Positions 1 to 9,212 of a DNA stretch of 64,000 nt are shown here, piece by piece. The stretch comes from Candidatus Nomurabacteria bacterium (lineage in GTDB: Bacteria > Patescibacteriota > Minisyncoccia > Phycocordibacterales > UBA5272), in assembly GCA_037130925.1 (NCBI GenBank), contig JBAXSC010000001.1:253877-317876 (forward strand). The letters are read 5' to 3'. Numbering within the stretch: position 1 is the first letter of the stretch; each line of letters begins with the position of its first letter. Made by a program: the position numbers and the translations under genes. The notes under the pieces are model-generated. The model worked only from the letters and a program-made list of their open reading frames with translations, had not been told where the DNA came from and ran no database searches.

Positions 1-1325
1 GGAATACTGTTTTTGTTTCTTCATATTCTGCTTTAACAACGTTATTTGTAACTGTAGGCATAGTTGGAATACTAGCAATACTCTCTGTGATAGCCGCAGT
101 ATTCTTAGGTATTTATATAAGTGTAAAAAAATACAATAAAAATTCAGAACTAGGTGAGGATGGGGCAGAGAAATTCTATTTTATCTCATCAATTGCTTTA
201 TTTGTATTTTCAACAATTTCGTTCTTAGTATTTACAAATGTAAGTTTCGCTATAATTCTTTTTGCTTTATCAACAGGATTAGTAATTTCAAACATTACAT
301 CTTGGAAAGAAAAAGATTCTACAAAAATTACAAATATTATATTCTTAGCTTTTGCTTTAATTATTCTATTAGGATTTGTTATAGCTTTTAATAGAGTTAG
401 AAGTACATCTTTATCTGTTAATGCTCTAACAGAATACAAACAAGATAATGATATTGCAAAATTAGAGATTAATCTTGTAAAAGCAGCTAAAATTTCAGGT
501 GATGATAATGACTACAGAACACTAACTCAATTCTATGTATTTAAAGCGCAACAAGTATTAAACACAACGTCAGCAAGTACTACAGCTGACGTGCTACAAA
601 AAAATATCTTATCTGACATAAATAATGCTATTTCTTCAGCTAAAACAGCCATAAGTGTTGACGATCAAAATTATAATAACTATCTTACTCTTGCTTCTAT
701 TTATAATTTCTTAATGTCTATTGGCGGTGAAAAAAGAGACATGTACTATAAAGAAGCAAAAGATAATTATGGATTAGCTCTTAATCTTTATCCAAAAAAT
801 CCATCAATTCCTTTAACTGTTGCCAACTTGGAATATTCTTACAATCAAAACCCTACTACAACATTAGTAAACATTAAACAATCTTTATCAATTAAGCCAA
901 ACTATTCTTCTGCTTATTACACACTATCCCAATTAGCAGCAAAATATAATGATAGAAATTCAGCTATACTTTATGCAGGACAAGCTATACAAACTGATCC
1001 TCAAAATGTAGATGCATATCTACAATATGGAATATTAACTCTTAATAAAAAAGACGTGACACAGAACGATCTAAATCAAGCATACACAGCATTTGTATCA
1101 GTATTAAGTATTGATCCAAATAACGTCACAGCGGCTTATTATTTATCTATTACCTATATCTTAGCTAAAGATTATGATCATGCTCAAGCTTTGATTACAG
1201 CATTAACCAAAGTTACGCCAAACGATCAAAAGATAACAGATCTTCAATCATTCCTTAATTCTCAAAAAGGAGGGACTTCCACACCTGCACCAGCAACAAA
1301 AACATCTAAAACAACAAAAAAGTAA
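1..1325 (+). CDS. TPR-repeat integral membrane protein (5' end outside window)
   Basis: The frame of ORF 87..1325 stays open back to nt 3, so GTG-87 is probably internal. Hydrophobic segments are followed by TPR-like repeats (AYYTLSQLAAKYND, DAYLQYGILTL, AAYYLSITYILAKDYD). Confidence 0.6.
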   Translation, partial: NTVFVSSYSALTTLFVTVGIVGILAILSVIAAVFLGIYISVKKYNKNSELGEDGAEKFYFISSIALFVFSTISFLVFTNVSFAIILFALSTGLVISNITSWKEKDSTKITNIIFLAFALIILLGFVIAFNRVRSTSLSVNALTEYKQDNDIAKLEINLVKAAKISGDDNDYRTLTQFYVFKAQQVLNTTSASTTADVLQKNILSDINNAISSAKTAISVDDQNYNNYLTLASIYNFLMSIGGEKRDMYYKEAKDNYGLALNLYPKNPSIPLTVANLEYSYNQNPTTTLVNIKQSLSIKPNYSSAYYTLSQLAAKYNDRNSAILYAGQAIQTDPQNVDAYLQYGILTLNKKDVTQNDLNQAYTAFVSVLSIDPNNVTAAYYLSITYILAKDYDHAQALITALTKVTPNDQKITDLQSFLNSQKGGTSTPAPATKTSKTTKK

Positions 1326-1432
1326 TTAATATTAATTACTTAAATAAAAAACAGTCTTTATAGGCTGTTTTTTATTTAACATCTTAACTTTTAATTTTAT
1401 TTAATTAAATTAAGATGTTAATATATTTATAT

Positions 1433-2725
1433 ATGAAAAAATATTTCTTTATTTTGTTTCTTTTAATTTTACAAATATCTTTTATAAATAATTCTCTTGC
1501 TGCAAATTATTTACCAAAAACCTCTTTTTCTTATTCTGTATGGATACCATATTGGGCGAGATGGGGAGGAACGGATGAATTATTGGCAAGTTCTACAATT
1601 TCTGGAATAAGCTATAATTCAAATTTCAATTCCACAACTTCTGTATCAAATTTTTATGGTTCAACTTCTTCAAAAATGAATCTTGATAAACTTGATATAA
1701 TTTCTCCTTTTACTTTTAATGTTGACAGTACAGGGGCTTTTTTAGATAAGGGAAATTTAAATAATGATACTTTTAATAATCTAATTAAAATAGCACAAGC
1801 AAAAAAGATTAAAATTTATCCTACAGTTCTTTGGACAGACGCAAATCAAATGGATAAAGTTTTATCTGATAAAGATTTACAGCAAGCCATACTTACTGAT
1901 ATAGAATTCAATTTAAATAAGTATAATTTTGATGGAATAGATATAGATTTTGAAGGTAAAAAGGCTTCTACAAAAAATAATTTTTCTTCTTTATTAAAAT
2001 TAGTTTCTATAAATTTACATAAAAAAAGCAAAGGTTTAATCTGTACAATTGAAGCACGTACACCTTTAGTGGATACATATTCTAAGCTTACAAATCAAAC
2101 AAGAAATAATGTCGAATATGCAAATGATTATTCTGTAATTGGAAAATATTGTGACCAAGTGAGAATTATGTCTTATGATCAAATAGGAGATGACACATAT
2201 TTAAATAATATTAATAAAAATATTTATTATAGACCAGTATCAGACACAGCTTGGGTAGAAAAAGTTATTAAAAATACTATTAAATATGGAATTCCTGCAA
2301 ATAAACTAGTTTTAGGTGTTGCAACTTATGGATATAAATATGAAGTAGCCACAAATACAACTGCAACTACTACAAATAATAATAAACCAGATAAATATGG
2401 AAGTGTATTATTAAATAATCAATCAAATTATTCATACGGTAGAATAGGTAGTATGAATTATTCTTTTGCAAATGACTTAGCTAGAAGTTTAAATATAGTT
2501 CCGACAAGAAATAGTGGAGGCGAGTTAGAATTTTCATATTCTTCTACTACAGATATTAGTAATACAACACCTGGAGTTTTAAAAACTTATTATGTAGAAT
2601 ATTCTGATAGTAAAGCAATAGAGCAAAAAATAGCTTTAGCCAAGAAATATAAACTTGCAGGTATTTCCATATTTAAAATAGACGGAAATAATGACCATAA
2701 TATCTGGAATATAATAAAGAAGTAA
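1433..2725 (+). CDS. secreted glycoside hydrolase family 18 (chitinase / cell-wall hydrolase-like)
   Basis: FDGIDIDFEG matches the GH18 DxxDxDxE catalytic motif. A signal-peptide-like MKKYFFILFLLIL starts at the second Met (the ORF opens at 1415). Confidence 0.75.
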   Translation: MKKYFFILFLLILQISFINNSLAANYLPKTSFSYSVWIPYWARWGGTDELLASSTISGISYNSNFNSTTSVSNFYGSTSSKMNLDKLDIISPFTFNVDSTGAFLDKGNLNNDTFNNLIKIAQAKKIKIYPTVLWTDANQMDKVLSDKDLQQAILTDIEFNLNKYNFDGIDIDFEGKKASTKNNFSSLLKLVSINLHKKSKGLICTIEARTPLVDTYSKLTNQTRNNVEYANDYSVIGKYCDQVRIMSYDQIGDDTYLNNINKNIYYRPVSDTAWVEKVIKNTIKYGIPANKLVLGVATYGYKYEVATNTTATTTNNNKPDKYGSVLLNNQSNYSYGRIGSMNYSFANDLARSLNIVPTRNSGGELEFSYSSTTDISNTTPGVLKTYYVEYSDSKAIEQKIALAKKYKLAGISIFKIDGNNDHNIWNIIKK

Positions 2726-2836
2726 AAATCAATATTTTTCAAAATTTTCTATTTTTATCTAATTTTTAAAATATGCTTATTTTTCAATAATATTTTAGAG
2801 ATTAATAAAAAAATTTTGTTTTTTTGCTAAAAATAC

Positions 2837-2866
2837 TTGACAAAATATATTTATCTATGATAATAT
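2837..2866 (+). promoter_or_regulatory. sigma70-type promoter of the orphan RNA gene
   Basis: TTGACA at 2837-2842, an 18-nt spacer ending in TG (2858-2859), then TAATAT at 2861-2866; A/T tracts lie upstream. Confidence 0.6.
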
Positions 2867-2872
2867 ATATAA

Positions 2873-3352
2873 GTAATCAAAGATTGATTACAAAAGTACA
2901 TTAAATAAATAACTATTAATAAGTTGGATTAAGCACACATAAAGTGAAGCTCGTACCAACACGCTGCCAACGTAAGGAACTACTGTTAATGATTTTAATA
3001 AATTATTAGAATCATAATATTCCTTGGCAGTTTTAGGGCCACCGGCGAATCGCCATAACGCGCCCGAATAGAGCTGGTATGGGACGAAAAAAGTTCCTCA
3101 GCTTATTGTACCGTGTAGCTTTAAAAAAGATCTGCAATATTGCAATCACAAAAAAAGATCTTTAAAAAAAATTAAAGCACACAATCCGAGTATTTGGTGA
3201 TTAGAAATGATTCCATTTGTCCTAAGCAAATAGAAAGAATCTAATTTCAGCCAATAACTCATTCTCCGCAACGCATCGCGGAAAAATTTAAGTCTCACTT
3301 AGGCTTGAGACCCCCCCTCTACAAATGTAATCAAAGTAGGGGGGGATTTTTA
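2873..3352 (+). ncRNA. unclassified structured RNA (~480 nt)
   Basis: No ORF of 60 aa or more in any frame across 2726-3387. It is bounded by a consensus promoter and a strong terminator. The interior is clearly more GC-rich than the flanks, with at least 6 hairpins readable by eye (2873-2891, 2964-3030, 3036-3065, 3113-3182, 3265-3282, 3292-3311). Confidence 0.6.
3311..3352 (+). terminator. intrinsic terminator of the RNA gene
   Basis: CCCCCCC(tc)TAC at 3311-3322 pairs with GTAGGGGGGG at 3336-3345, followed by ATTTTTATTT. Confidence 0.8.
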
Positions 3353-3372
3353 TTTATTGTCATTTTTTCTTA

Positions 3373-3381
3373 TGATATAAT
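3373..3381 (+). promoter_or_regulatory. extended -10 promoter of scpA (predicted leaderless mRNA)
   Basis: TGaTATAAT at 3373-3381 lies only 6 nt before the ATG at 3388. Confidence 0.5.
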
Positions 3382-3387
3382 ATTTTC

Positions 3388-4152
3388 ATGTCACATGCAT
3401 TTAGCGTCAATCTAGAAAGATTTTCTGGACCATATTTTAAGCTTTTGGAGCTAATTGAAGAAAGAAAGCTTTCTATAAATGAATTTTCACTTTCCCAAAT
3501 CACAGACGAATATATTACTTATATAAAAGACCTTGAAAACAAAGGAGAAAAAGATATTGTAGACATATCTCAATTTATTTCTGTAGCATCAACTTTAATG
3601 CTTATAAAAGCAAAATCACTATTTCCAAATCTCGAATATACAGAAGAAGAAAAAGAAGCTGTTAATAATCTAGAAAAGAAACTAGAACTATACAAGATAA
3701 TGCTAGAAGCTTCTAAAAAAGTAAATAAAATTTATTCAAAAGAAGTTTTATCTTCTATATCAAAATTTGAAAATAATGAATCTGTTTTTGTTTGGGATAA
3801 CAGAGTAAATTCCACTTTTTTACACTCTGTTGCTATTGCATCACTTTTAAAAATTCCTAAAAAAGAAAAATTGAAACAAGTAGCCGTTAGACAAGTTTTA
3901 AAAATAGAAGATGTAATAGAAAAACTTTTAGAAAGAGTAAAAGTTTCTTTTTCTTTATCATTTAGAGATTTTTCTAAGTCAATGTCTAATGAAGTTGGGA
4001 GCTTTGAAGAGAAAAAATCAGCTTTTATAATTTCATTTTTAGCAATGTTAGAATTAATTAAAAATGGATTATTAAGTGCAGAGCAAACAGGGGACCATAA
4101 TGAAATAAATATTTCAAATATAGAAAATAAAGAATTAGAGACAGTAATCTAA
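3388..4152 (+). CDS. scpA: segregation and condensation protein A (kleisin)
   Basis: The N-terminal FSGPYFKLLELIEERKLSINEFSLSQITDEY pattern is typical of ScpA, and scpB follows directly. Confidence 0.75.
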   Translation: MSHAFSVNLERFSGPYFKLLELIEERKLSINEFSLSQITDEYITYIKDLENKGEKDIVDISQFISVASTLMLIKAKSLFPNLEYTEEEKEAVNNLEKKLELYKIMLEASKKVNKIYSKEVLSSISKFENNESVFVWDNRVNSTFLHSVAIASLLKIPKKEKLKQVAVRQVLKIEDVIEKLLERVKVSFSLSFRDFSKSMSNEVGSFEEKKSAFIISFLAMLELIKNGLLSAEQTGDHNEINISNIENKELETVI

Positions 4153-4172
4153 ATGTTATAATAATAAACAAT

Positions 4173-4748
4173 ATGGAAACACAAAATAATGGATCAAATA
4201 CAAATATTTTAGAACAAATTTCTGGCATATTATTTTTATATAATGATTCTATTACTATTTCTAAAATAGAAGAAATTCTAGCTAATGAAAATAAAATTAA
4301 AAAAGAAGATTTTGAAAATATATTTGAAGAATTAAATTTAAAATTAAGTAGTGTTGGATTAACTTTAATTAAAAAAGATAATAAAGATTTTGAAGAAATA
4401 GAATTAACTATTGCGGTTAAAAAAGATTTATCATATATTGCAAAGAAAATTAAAAAAGATGAATTAGAGGGAGATCTTACTCCTGCATCATTACAAGTTT
4501 TAACAATCTGTGCATATTTAGGCCATACAACAAAAAATGAAATATCTTTCATAAGAGGAATACAATCTGCCCAAAGTATCAGATCATTATCTTCTAGAGG
4601 ACTTCTTAAAAAAGAAGGAGAAAAATATTCTTTATCGATAGAAGCAATGCAAGAATTAGGAATAACAAAACTAGACGATTTACCAGAATACGAAAAAATA
4701 AAACAAGATTTTGAAGAAAGACTTAAAGAAGTATTAAAAGAAGAATAA
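4173..4748 (+). CDS. scpB: segregation and condensation protein B
   Basis: Adjacent to scpA, 191 aa, with winged-helix-like segments (ILFLYNDSITISKIEEIL; LQVLTICAYLGHTTKNEISFIRG). Confidence 0.7.
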   Translation: METQNNGSNTNILEQISGILFLYNDSITISKIEEILANENKIKKEDFENIFEELNLKLSSVGLTLIKKDNKDFEEIELTIAVKKDLSYIAKKIKKDELEGDLTPASLQVLTICAYLGHTTKNEISFIRGIQSAQSIRSLSSRGLLKKEGEKYSLSIEAMQELGITKLDDLPEYEKIKQDFEERLKEVLKEE

Positions 4749-4752
4749 AATT

Positions 4753-5766
4753 ATGACTAATAAAAAAAGACAAGATGATATTTTAGAACATAAACATTTA
4801 CATAATGTTGGTCTTTTTACTTTTTTTATTTTTATAGTTTTGGTCGGGTTTTTTAACGCAACACCAAATTTATTTGCAGAACCATATAATAGATTTAACA
4901 TATTTAATAATATGTCTTTTGATAATTTTAATAGAAGGCTTATTCAAAGCAGTATCTCAGAATTAAATTCAGAAAATCAAAACGAAAAAGATTACTCTTC
5001 TTTAGAAAATACTTTTGTACAAGCAAAAAGTTTTATTGTTTACGATGTTAAAAATAAAAAAGTTTTAGCAGGAAAAAATCAAGATGAAATTTTACCGTTA
5101 GCATCTTTAACAAAAATAGTAGCAGCTATTACAGCCTCTAAATTAGCTTCACCAGATACAGATATAACTATTAGAAAAGACTATATGAAAAAAGATGAGA
5201 TCATAGATATCGGTATGAAAGTTGGACAAAAATGGAAAATGAACGAATTGCTTAAATACGCCTTAACTATTTCTTCAAATTCCTCAATAGATATAATTGC
5301 TAACACAGTTAGTTCTTCTAATCAAAATTTTGTAGATGAAATGAATAAATATACAAAAGAATTAGGATTTAAAAACTTTTATTTTAATTCTGCCTCCGGA
5401 CTTGATTATGGCGATGTAATTGGTGGAAATGGCACAGCTTTTGAATATGCACAACTTTTTGCAAAAGCTTATGAATTAATACCAAATATAATGTCTTATA
5501 CCATAAATTCTAAAGTAAACTTGAATTCTGGAGATAAAAAACTTTATCAAGTACCAAATACAAATGAAGATGCGAGCTCAATAATAGGATTAATGGCTTC
5601 CAAAACTGGATATACAGATCTTGCTGGTGGCAATCTTGCGATACTTGTAAATTTAGAAGTAGATAGGCCGGTAGTAATTGTTGTTTTAGGATCAACTGTA
5701 AGCGGTAGGTTTGATGATGTAAATAGACTACATAATGCAACAGAAAAGATTTTCCGATCTAAATAG
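4753..5766 (+). CDS. D-alanyl-D-alanine carboxypeptidase (S11 family PBP)
   Basis: Motifs SxxK (ASLTKIV), SxN (SSNSS) and KTG (SKTGYT), plus an N-terminal TM anchor. Confidence 0.8.
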   Translation: MTNKKRQDDILEHKHLHNVGLFTFFIFIVLVGFFNATPNLFAEPYNRFNIFNNMSFDNFNRRLIQSSISELNSENQNEKDYSSLENTFVQAKSFIVYDVKNKKVLAGKNQDEILPLASLTKIVAAITASKLASPDTDITIRKDYMKKDEIIDIGMKVGQKWKMNELLKYALTISSNSSIDIIANTVSSSNQNFVDEMNKYTKELGFKNFYFNSASGLDYGDVIGGNGTAFEYAQLFAKAYELIPNIMSYTINSKVNLNSGDKKLYQVPNTNEDASSIIGLMASKTGYTDLAGGNLAILVNLEVDRPVVIVVLGSTVSGRFDDVNRLHNATEKIFRSK

Positions 5767-5861
5767 TTAGAAGCTAATTTTGTATCTTTAGTCAAGATTT
5801 AAAAGAATTATTTTAATGTTATAATTTATAAATTATAAATAAGTAACAGGTAAAATAATAT

Positions 5862-6968
5862 ATGAATGAAAACATAATAGGTCATAATCTAGAGCTAGCT
5901 TTCTCATCACTTTCTATCTTTAAAATATTATGGCCAACAATTACAGCTTTCTTTTTTGGATTTGTAATAACTCCATTTGTCTCTAATTTTTTATACAAAA
6001 ATAAATTTTGGAAAAAAAAGAATATTAAATCAACAATAGATGGACAAGAAGCAACAATAACAGCCTCTATTTTAAATGATGGAAAAAGGGAAACCCCAAG
6101 AATGGGTGGTATTATTATAATATTCGCAGTCTTATTTTCTATATTATTTTATTCACTTTTACCTTATATTATTACAAACCATCATATTGTAGAAAAATTA
6201 AATTTTATTTCTAGAAATCAAACTTGGTTACCAATAGCAATTTTTATATTTGCAGCATTTATAGGATTACTAGACGACTTAGCATCGGTCGGAAAACTTA
6301 ATATTAAAAATAAACATGGTGAGGCCGGTATGCCTTTAAGAGTAAGATTATTTTTTATAGTAATGTTCGGATTAATATCTGGAGCTTGGTTTTACTTCAA
6401 ATTAGGTTTTGATTATATTCATATACCTTTTGCGGGAAATTTACACTTAGGTATATATATTATTTTGTTTTTTATAATATTATTTTTATCCACTTATGGA
6501 GCTTCAAATATAGATGGGTTAGACGGCTTATCTGGAGGACTTTTCGCAATAGTATTTTCTAGCTATGGAATAATAGCTTTAGTAAATAACCAGATAGATA
6601 TAGCAACACTTTGTTTCGTCGTTGTAGGATCAATTTTAGCCTTCTTATGGTTCAATATACCTCCAGCAAGATTTTATTTATCAGAAGTAGGGTATATGCC
6701 ACTAGCTATACTTTTAGCTATGATAGCAATAATGACAAACGCCGCCCTTTTATTAATTATAATAGCAATGCCTTTTGTGATTACAGAATTAACTACAATA
6801 ATTCAACTTTTATCTAAAAAATTCAGAAAGAAAAAAGTATTCCCAGTAACTCCTATTCATAATACTTTTGTGTATATAGGATGGAGTAAAGAAAAAGTTG
6901 TAATGAGATACTGGATTTTTGCTTCGATTTTTGCTTTTTTAGGTATTGCTATATATTTGATTTCATAA
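5862..6968 (+). CDS. mraY: phospho-N-acetylmuramoyl-pentapeptide transferase
   Basis: GLLDDL and NIDGLDGLSGG motifs; polytopic membrane protein. Confidence 0.85.
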   Translation: MNENIIGHNLELAFSSLSIFKILWPTITAFFFGFVITPFVSNFLYKNKFWKKKNIKSTIDGQEATITASILNDGKRETPRMGGIIIIFAVLFSILFYSLLPYIITNHHIVEKLNFISRNQTWLPIAIFIFAAFIGLLDDLASVGKLNIKNKHGEAGMPLRVRLFFIVMFGLISGAWFYFKLGFDYIHIPFAGNLHLGIYIILFFIILFLSTYGASNIDGLDGLSGGLFAIVFSSYGIIALVNNQIDIATLCFVVVGSILAFLWFNIPPARFYLSEVGYMPLAILLAMIAIMTNAALLLIIIAMPFVITELTTIIQLLSKKFRKKKVFPVTPIHNTFVYIGWSKEKVVMRYWIFASIFAFLGIAIYLIS

Positions 6969-6971
6969 GAC

Positions 6972-8084
6972 ATGAGAACAATAATTAAAAATTTAAAGAT
7001 AGACAAAATATTTTTAGTATCAACTTTAGTTCTTTTACTTTTAGGAATGGTAATTTTTCTTTCTGCGTCACTTGGAATATTACCGTCTAATGAATTAAAA
7101 TTTTTTGCTGTTATAAAATCTCAACTTGTGTATGTTTTTATTTTTGGAATATTAGCCATATATATAGGATCTAGTATAAATTATAAATATTATAAAAAAT
7201 ATTCTATATTACTTTTTATTTTTTCTTTACTTTTTTCTCTTTTAGTTTTTGTGCCAGGATTAAGTTTCTATTACAATGGTGCGCACAGATGGATACACAT
7301 ACTATCAATTTCAATTCAACCTAGTGAACTAGTTAAATTTACAAGTGTAGTTTTAATTGCTTTTTTTTGTAATAAATATAAAAAATATTTTAATGATTTT
7401 AAATACGGACTTTTACCATTTACAGGTTTTATAATTTTAGTAGCTGGAGTATTATTACTACAAAAAGACTTTGGAACATTACTAATAATACTTTTTTCTT
7501 CATTTTTAGTATTTTTTATTGGAGAAGCTAAAATTAGAGATATTGCAATAATAACTCTCGCAGGAATACTTGTATTTTTTGTTTTAATAGAAATGAGACC
7601 GTATATGAAAGAAAGAATTTTAACTTTTGTAGATCCAAGTAGAGAACTGCTAGGCGCAGGATATCAACTTAATCAATCTCTTATAGCTGTTGGAGCAGGG
7701 GAGATATTCGGAAGAGGCATAGGACAATCTATTCAAAAATTTAATTATTTACCAGAACAAATATCAGACTCTATATTTCCGGTATACGCAGAAGAAACAG
7801 GATTTGTCGGATCCGCAATACTTATTTCTATTTTTATATTTATAATAATAAGAGGTGTACATATAGCAAAATACACAACAGATGAATTTGGTAAATTGTT
7901 AGCAATAGGAATAGTGGCAATATTTACTTTTCAAGCAATATTAAATATTGCATCTTCAATAGGAGTGGCCCCTTTAACAGGGGTACCTCTTCCGTTTATT
8001 TCAAAAGGTGGAACCTCTTTGGTTTTCCTAATGTTTGAATTTGGAGTATTATTAAATATTTCTAAATATAAAATTAAAATATAA
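6972..8084 (+). CDS. SEDS-family peptidoglycan polymerase (FtsW/RodA)
   Basis: Multi-TM protein with GAGYQLNQSLIAVGAGEIFGRGIGQS and NYLPEQISDSIF. It sits between mraY and mreB, so FtsW versus RodA is not resolved. Confidence 0.85.
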   Translation: MRTIIKNLKIDKIFLVSTLVLLLLGMVIFLSASLGILPSNELKFFAVIKSQLVYVFIFGILAIYIGSSINYKYYKKYSILLFIFSLLFSLLVFVPGLSFYYNGAHRWIHILSISIQPSELVKFTSVVLIAFFCNKYKKYFNDFKYGLLPFTGFIILVAGVLLLQKDFGTLLIILFSSFLVFFIGEAKIRDIAIITLAGILVFFVLIEMRPYMKERILTFVDPSRELLGAGYQLNQSLIAVGAGEIFGRGIGQSIQKFNYLPEQISDSIFPVYAEETGFVGSAILISIFIFIIIRGVHIAKYTTDEFGKLLAIGIVAIFTFQAILNIASSIGVAPLTGVPLPFISKGGTSLVFLMFEFGVLLNISKYKIKI

Positions 8085-8142
8085 ATAAACGATTTTGTAA
8101 AGCATTGTATTTCGTGTTAAAATAGACTGAATTAAACAAATT

Positions 8143-9156
8143 ATGGCATTCTTCGTAAGAAAATTAGGTATTGACCTTGGCACAGAAAATACATTAGTAT
8201 TTGTTCCTGAAAGAGGGATTGTTGTTAATGAACCTTCTGTTGTTGCTATCTCTAAAGAAGATAATAAAATTTTAGCCATTGGAAATAAAGCAAAAGAAAT
8301 GATAGGAAAAACTCCTGACGCTATTATCGCATACAAACCTATGCGTGATGGTGTTATTGCTGATTTTAAAGTTACAGAAACAATGCTTCGCTACTATATA
8401 AATAAAGCATTACCTAAATTTAATATTTTTAAACCAGAAGTAATGATCTCAGTACCGAGTGGTGTCACAAGCACAGAAAGAAGATCTGTCATTGAGGTCA
8501 CAATAAAAGCTGGAGCAAAAAATGCATATGTTGTGAAAGAGCCTGTACTGGCTGCTATTGGAGCCGGTATACCTATTCATGAAGCGAGAGGAAGAATAAT
8601 TGTAGATATCGGAGGAGGAACAACAGACGTAGCCGTAATATCGCTCGGAGGAATAGTTTGTGCCAATTCTATCAAATGTGCAGGAAATAAAATCGATAAA
8701 GCTATTATTGATTATATGAAAAAAACTCATAATTTAATAATTGGAGATCAAAGTGCAGAAGAAATGAAAATAGAAATTGGATCTGCATTGCCGCTAGAAG
8801 AAGAGCTTTCAATGAAAGTTAAGGGGCGTGATATAGAGTCAGGATTACCACGCACAATGGAAGTCAGAACGAATGAAATAACAAAAGCTATTGATAAAGA
8901 ATTAAAAGAAATAATCTTAGCAATTAAATCAGTATTACAAGAAACTCCACCAGAATTATCTAGAGATATTATTGATAATGGAATTATAATGAGTGGAGGA
9001 TCGTCAATGTTGAGACATTTTCCAATACTTGTAGAAAGAAGAACTGGTGTTAAGGCGGAAGTTGCTATTGATCCAATTTATTGTGTATCAAAAGGTACAG
9101 GGCATGCATTAACACATTTAGATGTTTATAAAAAATCAATACTTTCAAAAAGATAA
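8143..9156 (+). CDS. mreB: rod shape-determining actin homolog MreB
   Basis: GIDLGTENTLV, DIGGGTTDVAVISLGG and IMSGGSS motifs. Confidence 0.95.
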   Translation: MAFFVRKLGIDLGTENTLVFVPERGIVVNEPSVVAISKEDNKILAIGNKAKEMIGKTPDAIIAYKPMRDGVIADFKVTETMLRYYINKALPKFNIFKPEVMISVPSGVTSTERRSVIEVTIKAGAKNAYVVKEPVLAAIGAGIPIHEARGRIIVDIGGGTTDVAVISLGGIVCANSIKCAGNKIDKAIIDYMKKTHNLIIGDQSAEEMKIEIGSALPLEEELSMKVKGRDIESGLPRTMEVRTNEITKAIDKELKEIILAIKSVLQETPPELSRDIIDNGIIMSGGSSMLRHFPILVERRTGVKAEVAIDPIYCVSKGTGHALTHLDVYKKSILSKR

Positions 9157-9162
9157 AAAATA

Positions 9163-9196
9163 AAAAAGCTGATAATAAATATCAGCCTTTTCTTTT
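9163..9196. terminator. bidirectional hairpin terminator between mreB and the 9213 gene
   Basis: A-run, GCTGATA (9168-9174) / TATCAGC (9180-9186), then a T-rich run. Confidence 0.6.
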
Positions 9197-9212
9197 AAAG
9201 AAATAATTTACT

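Noticed and set aside
2873-3352. I considered calling the structured RNA RNase P RNA (GACGAAAAAAGTTCCTCAGCTTATTG loosely resembles the ACAGAAcccGGCTTA CR-V region), tmRNA or SRP RNA.
   Set aside because: There is no GGAAAGUCC CR-I partner. The candidate P4 5' strand is instead tied up in a 13-bp helix with 3020-3030. There is no tRNA-like T-arm/CCA end, no plausible tag ORF, and no SRP helix-8 motif. It is left unclassified pending a covariance-model search.
4058-4552. Antisense or out-of-frame ORFs in the track that lie inside well-supported genes. Examples: 176..439, 1846..2031, 4058..4552, 5510..5795, 6611..6817, 8052..8336, 8449..8730, 10300..10533, 12747..13188, 17000..17245, 18465..19046, 24114..24344, 25055..25294, 29779..30045, 30678..30908, 31369..31563, 33301..33537, 39727..39915, 42639..42839, 48211..48806, 53551..53760, 55873..56353, 59162..59935, 62288..63345.
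   Set aside because: These are shadow ORFs with low-complexity translations, overlapping genes that carry clear catalytic motifs on the other strand or frame.
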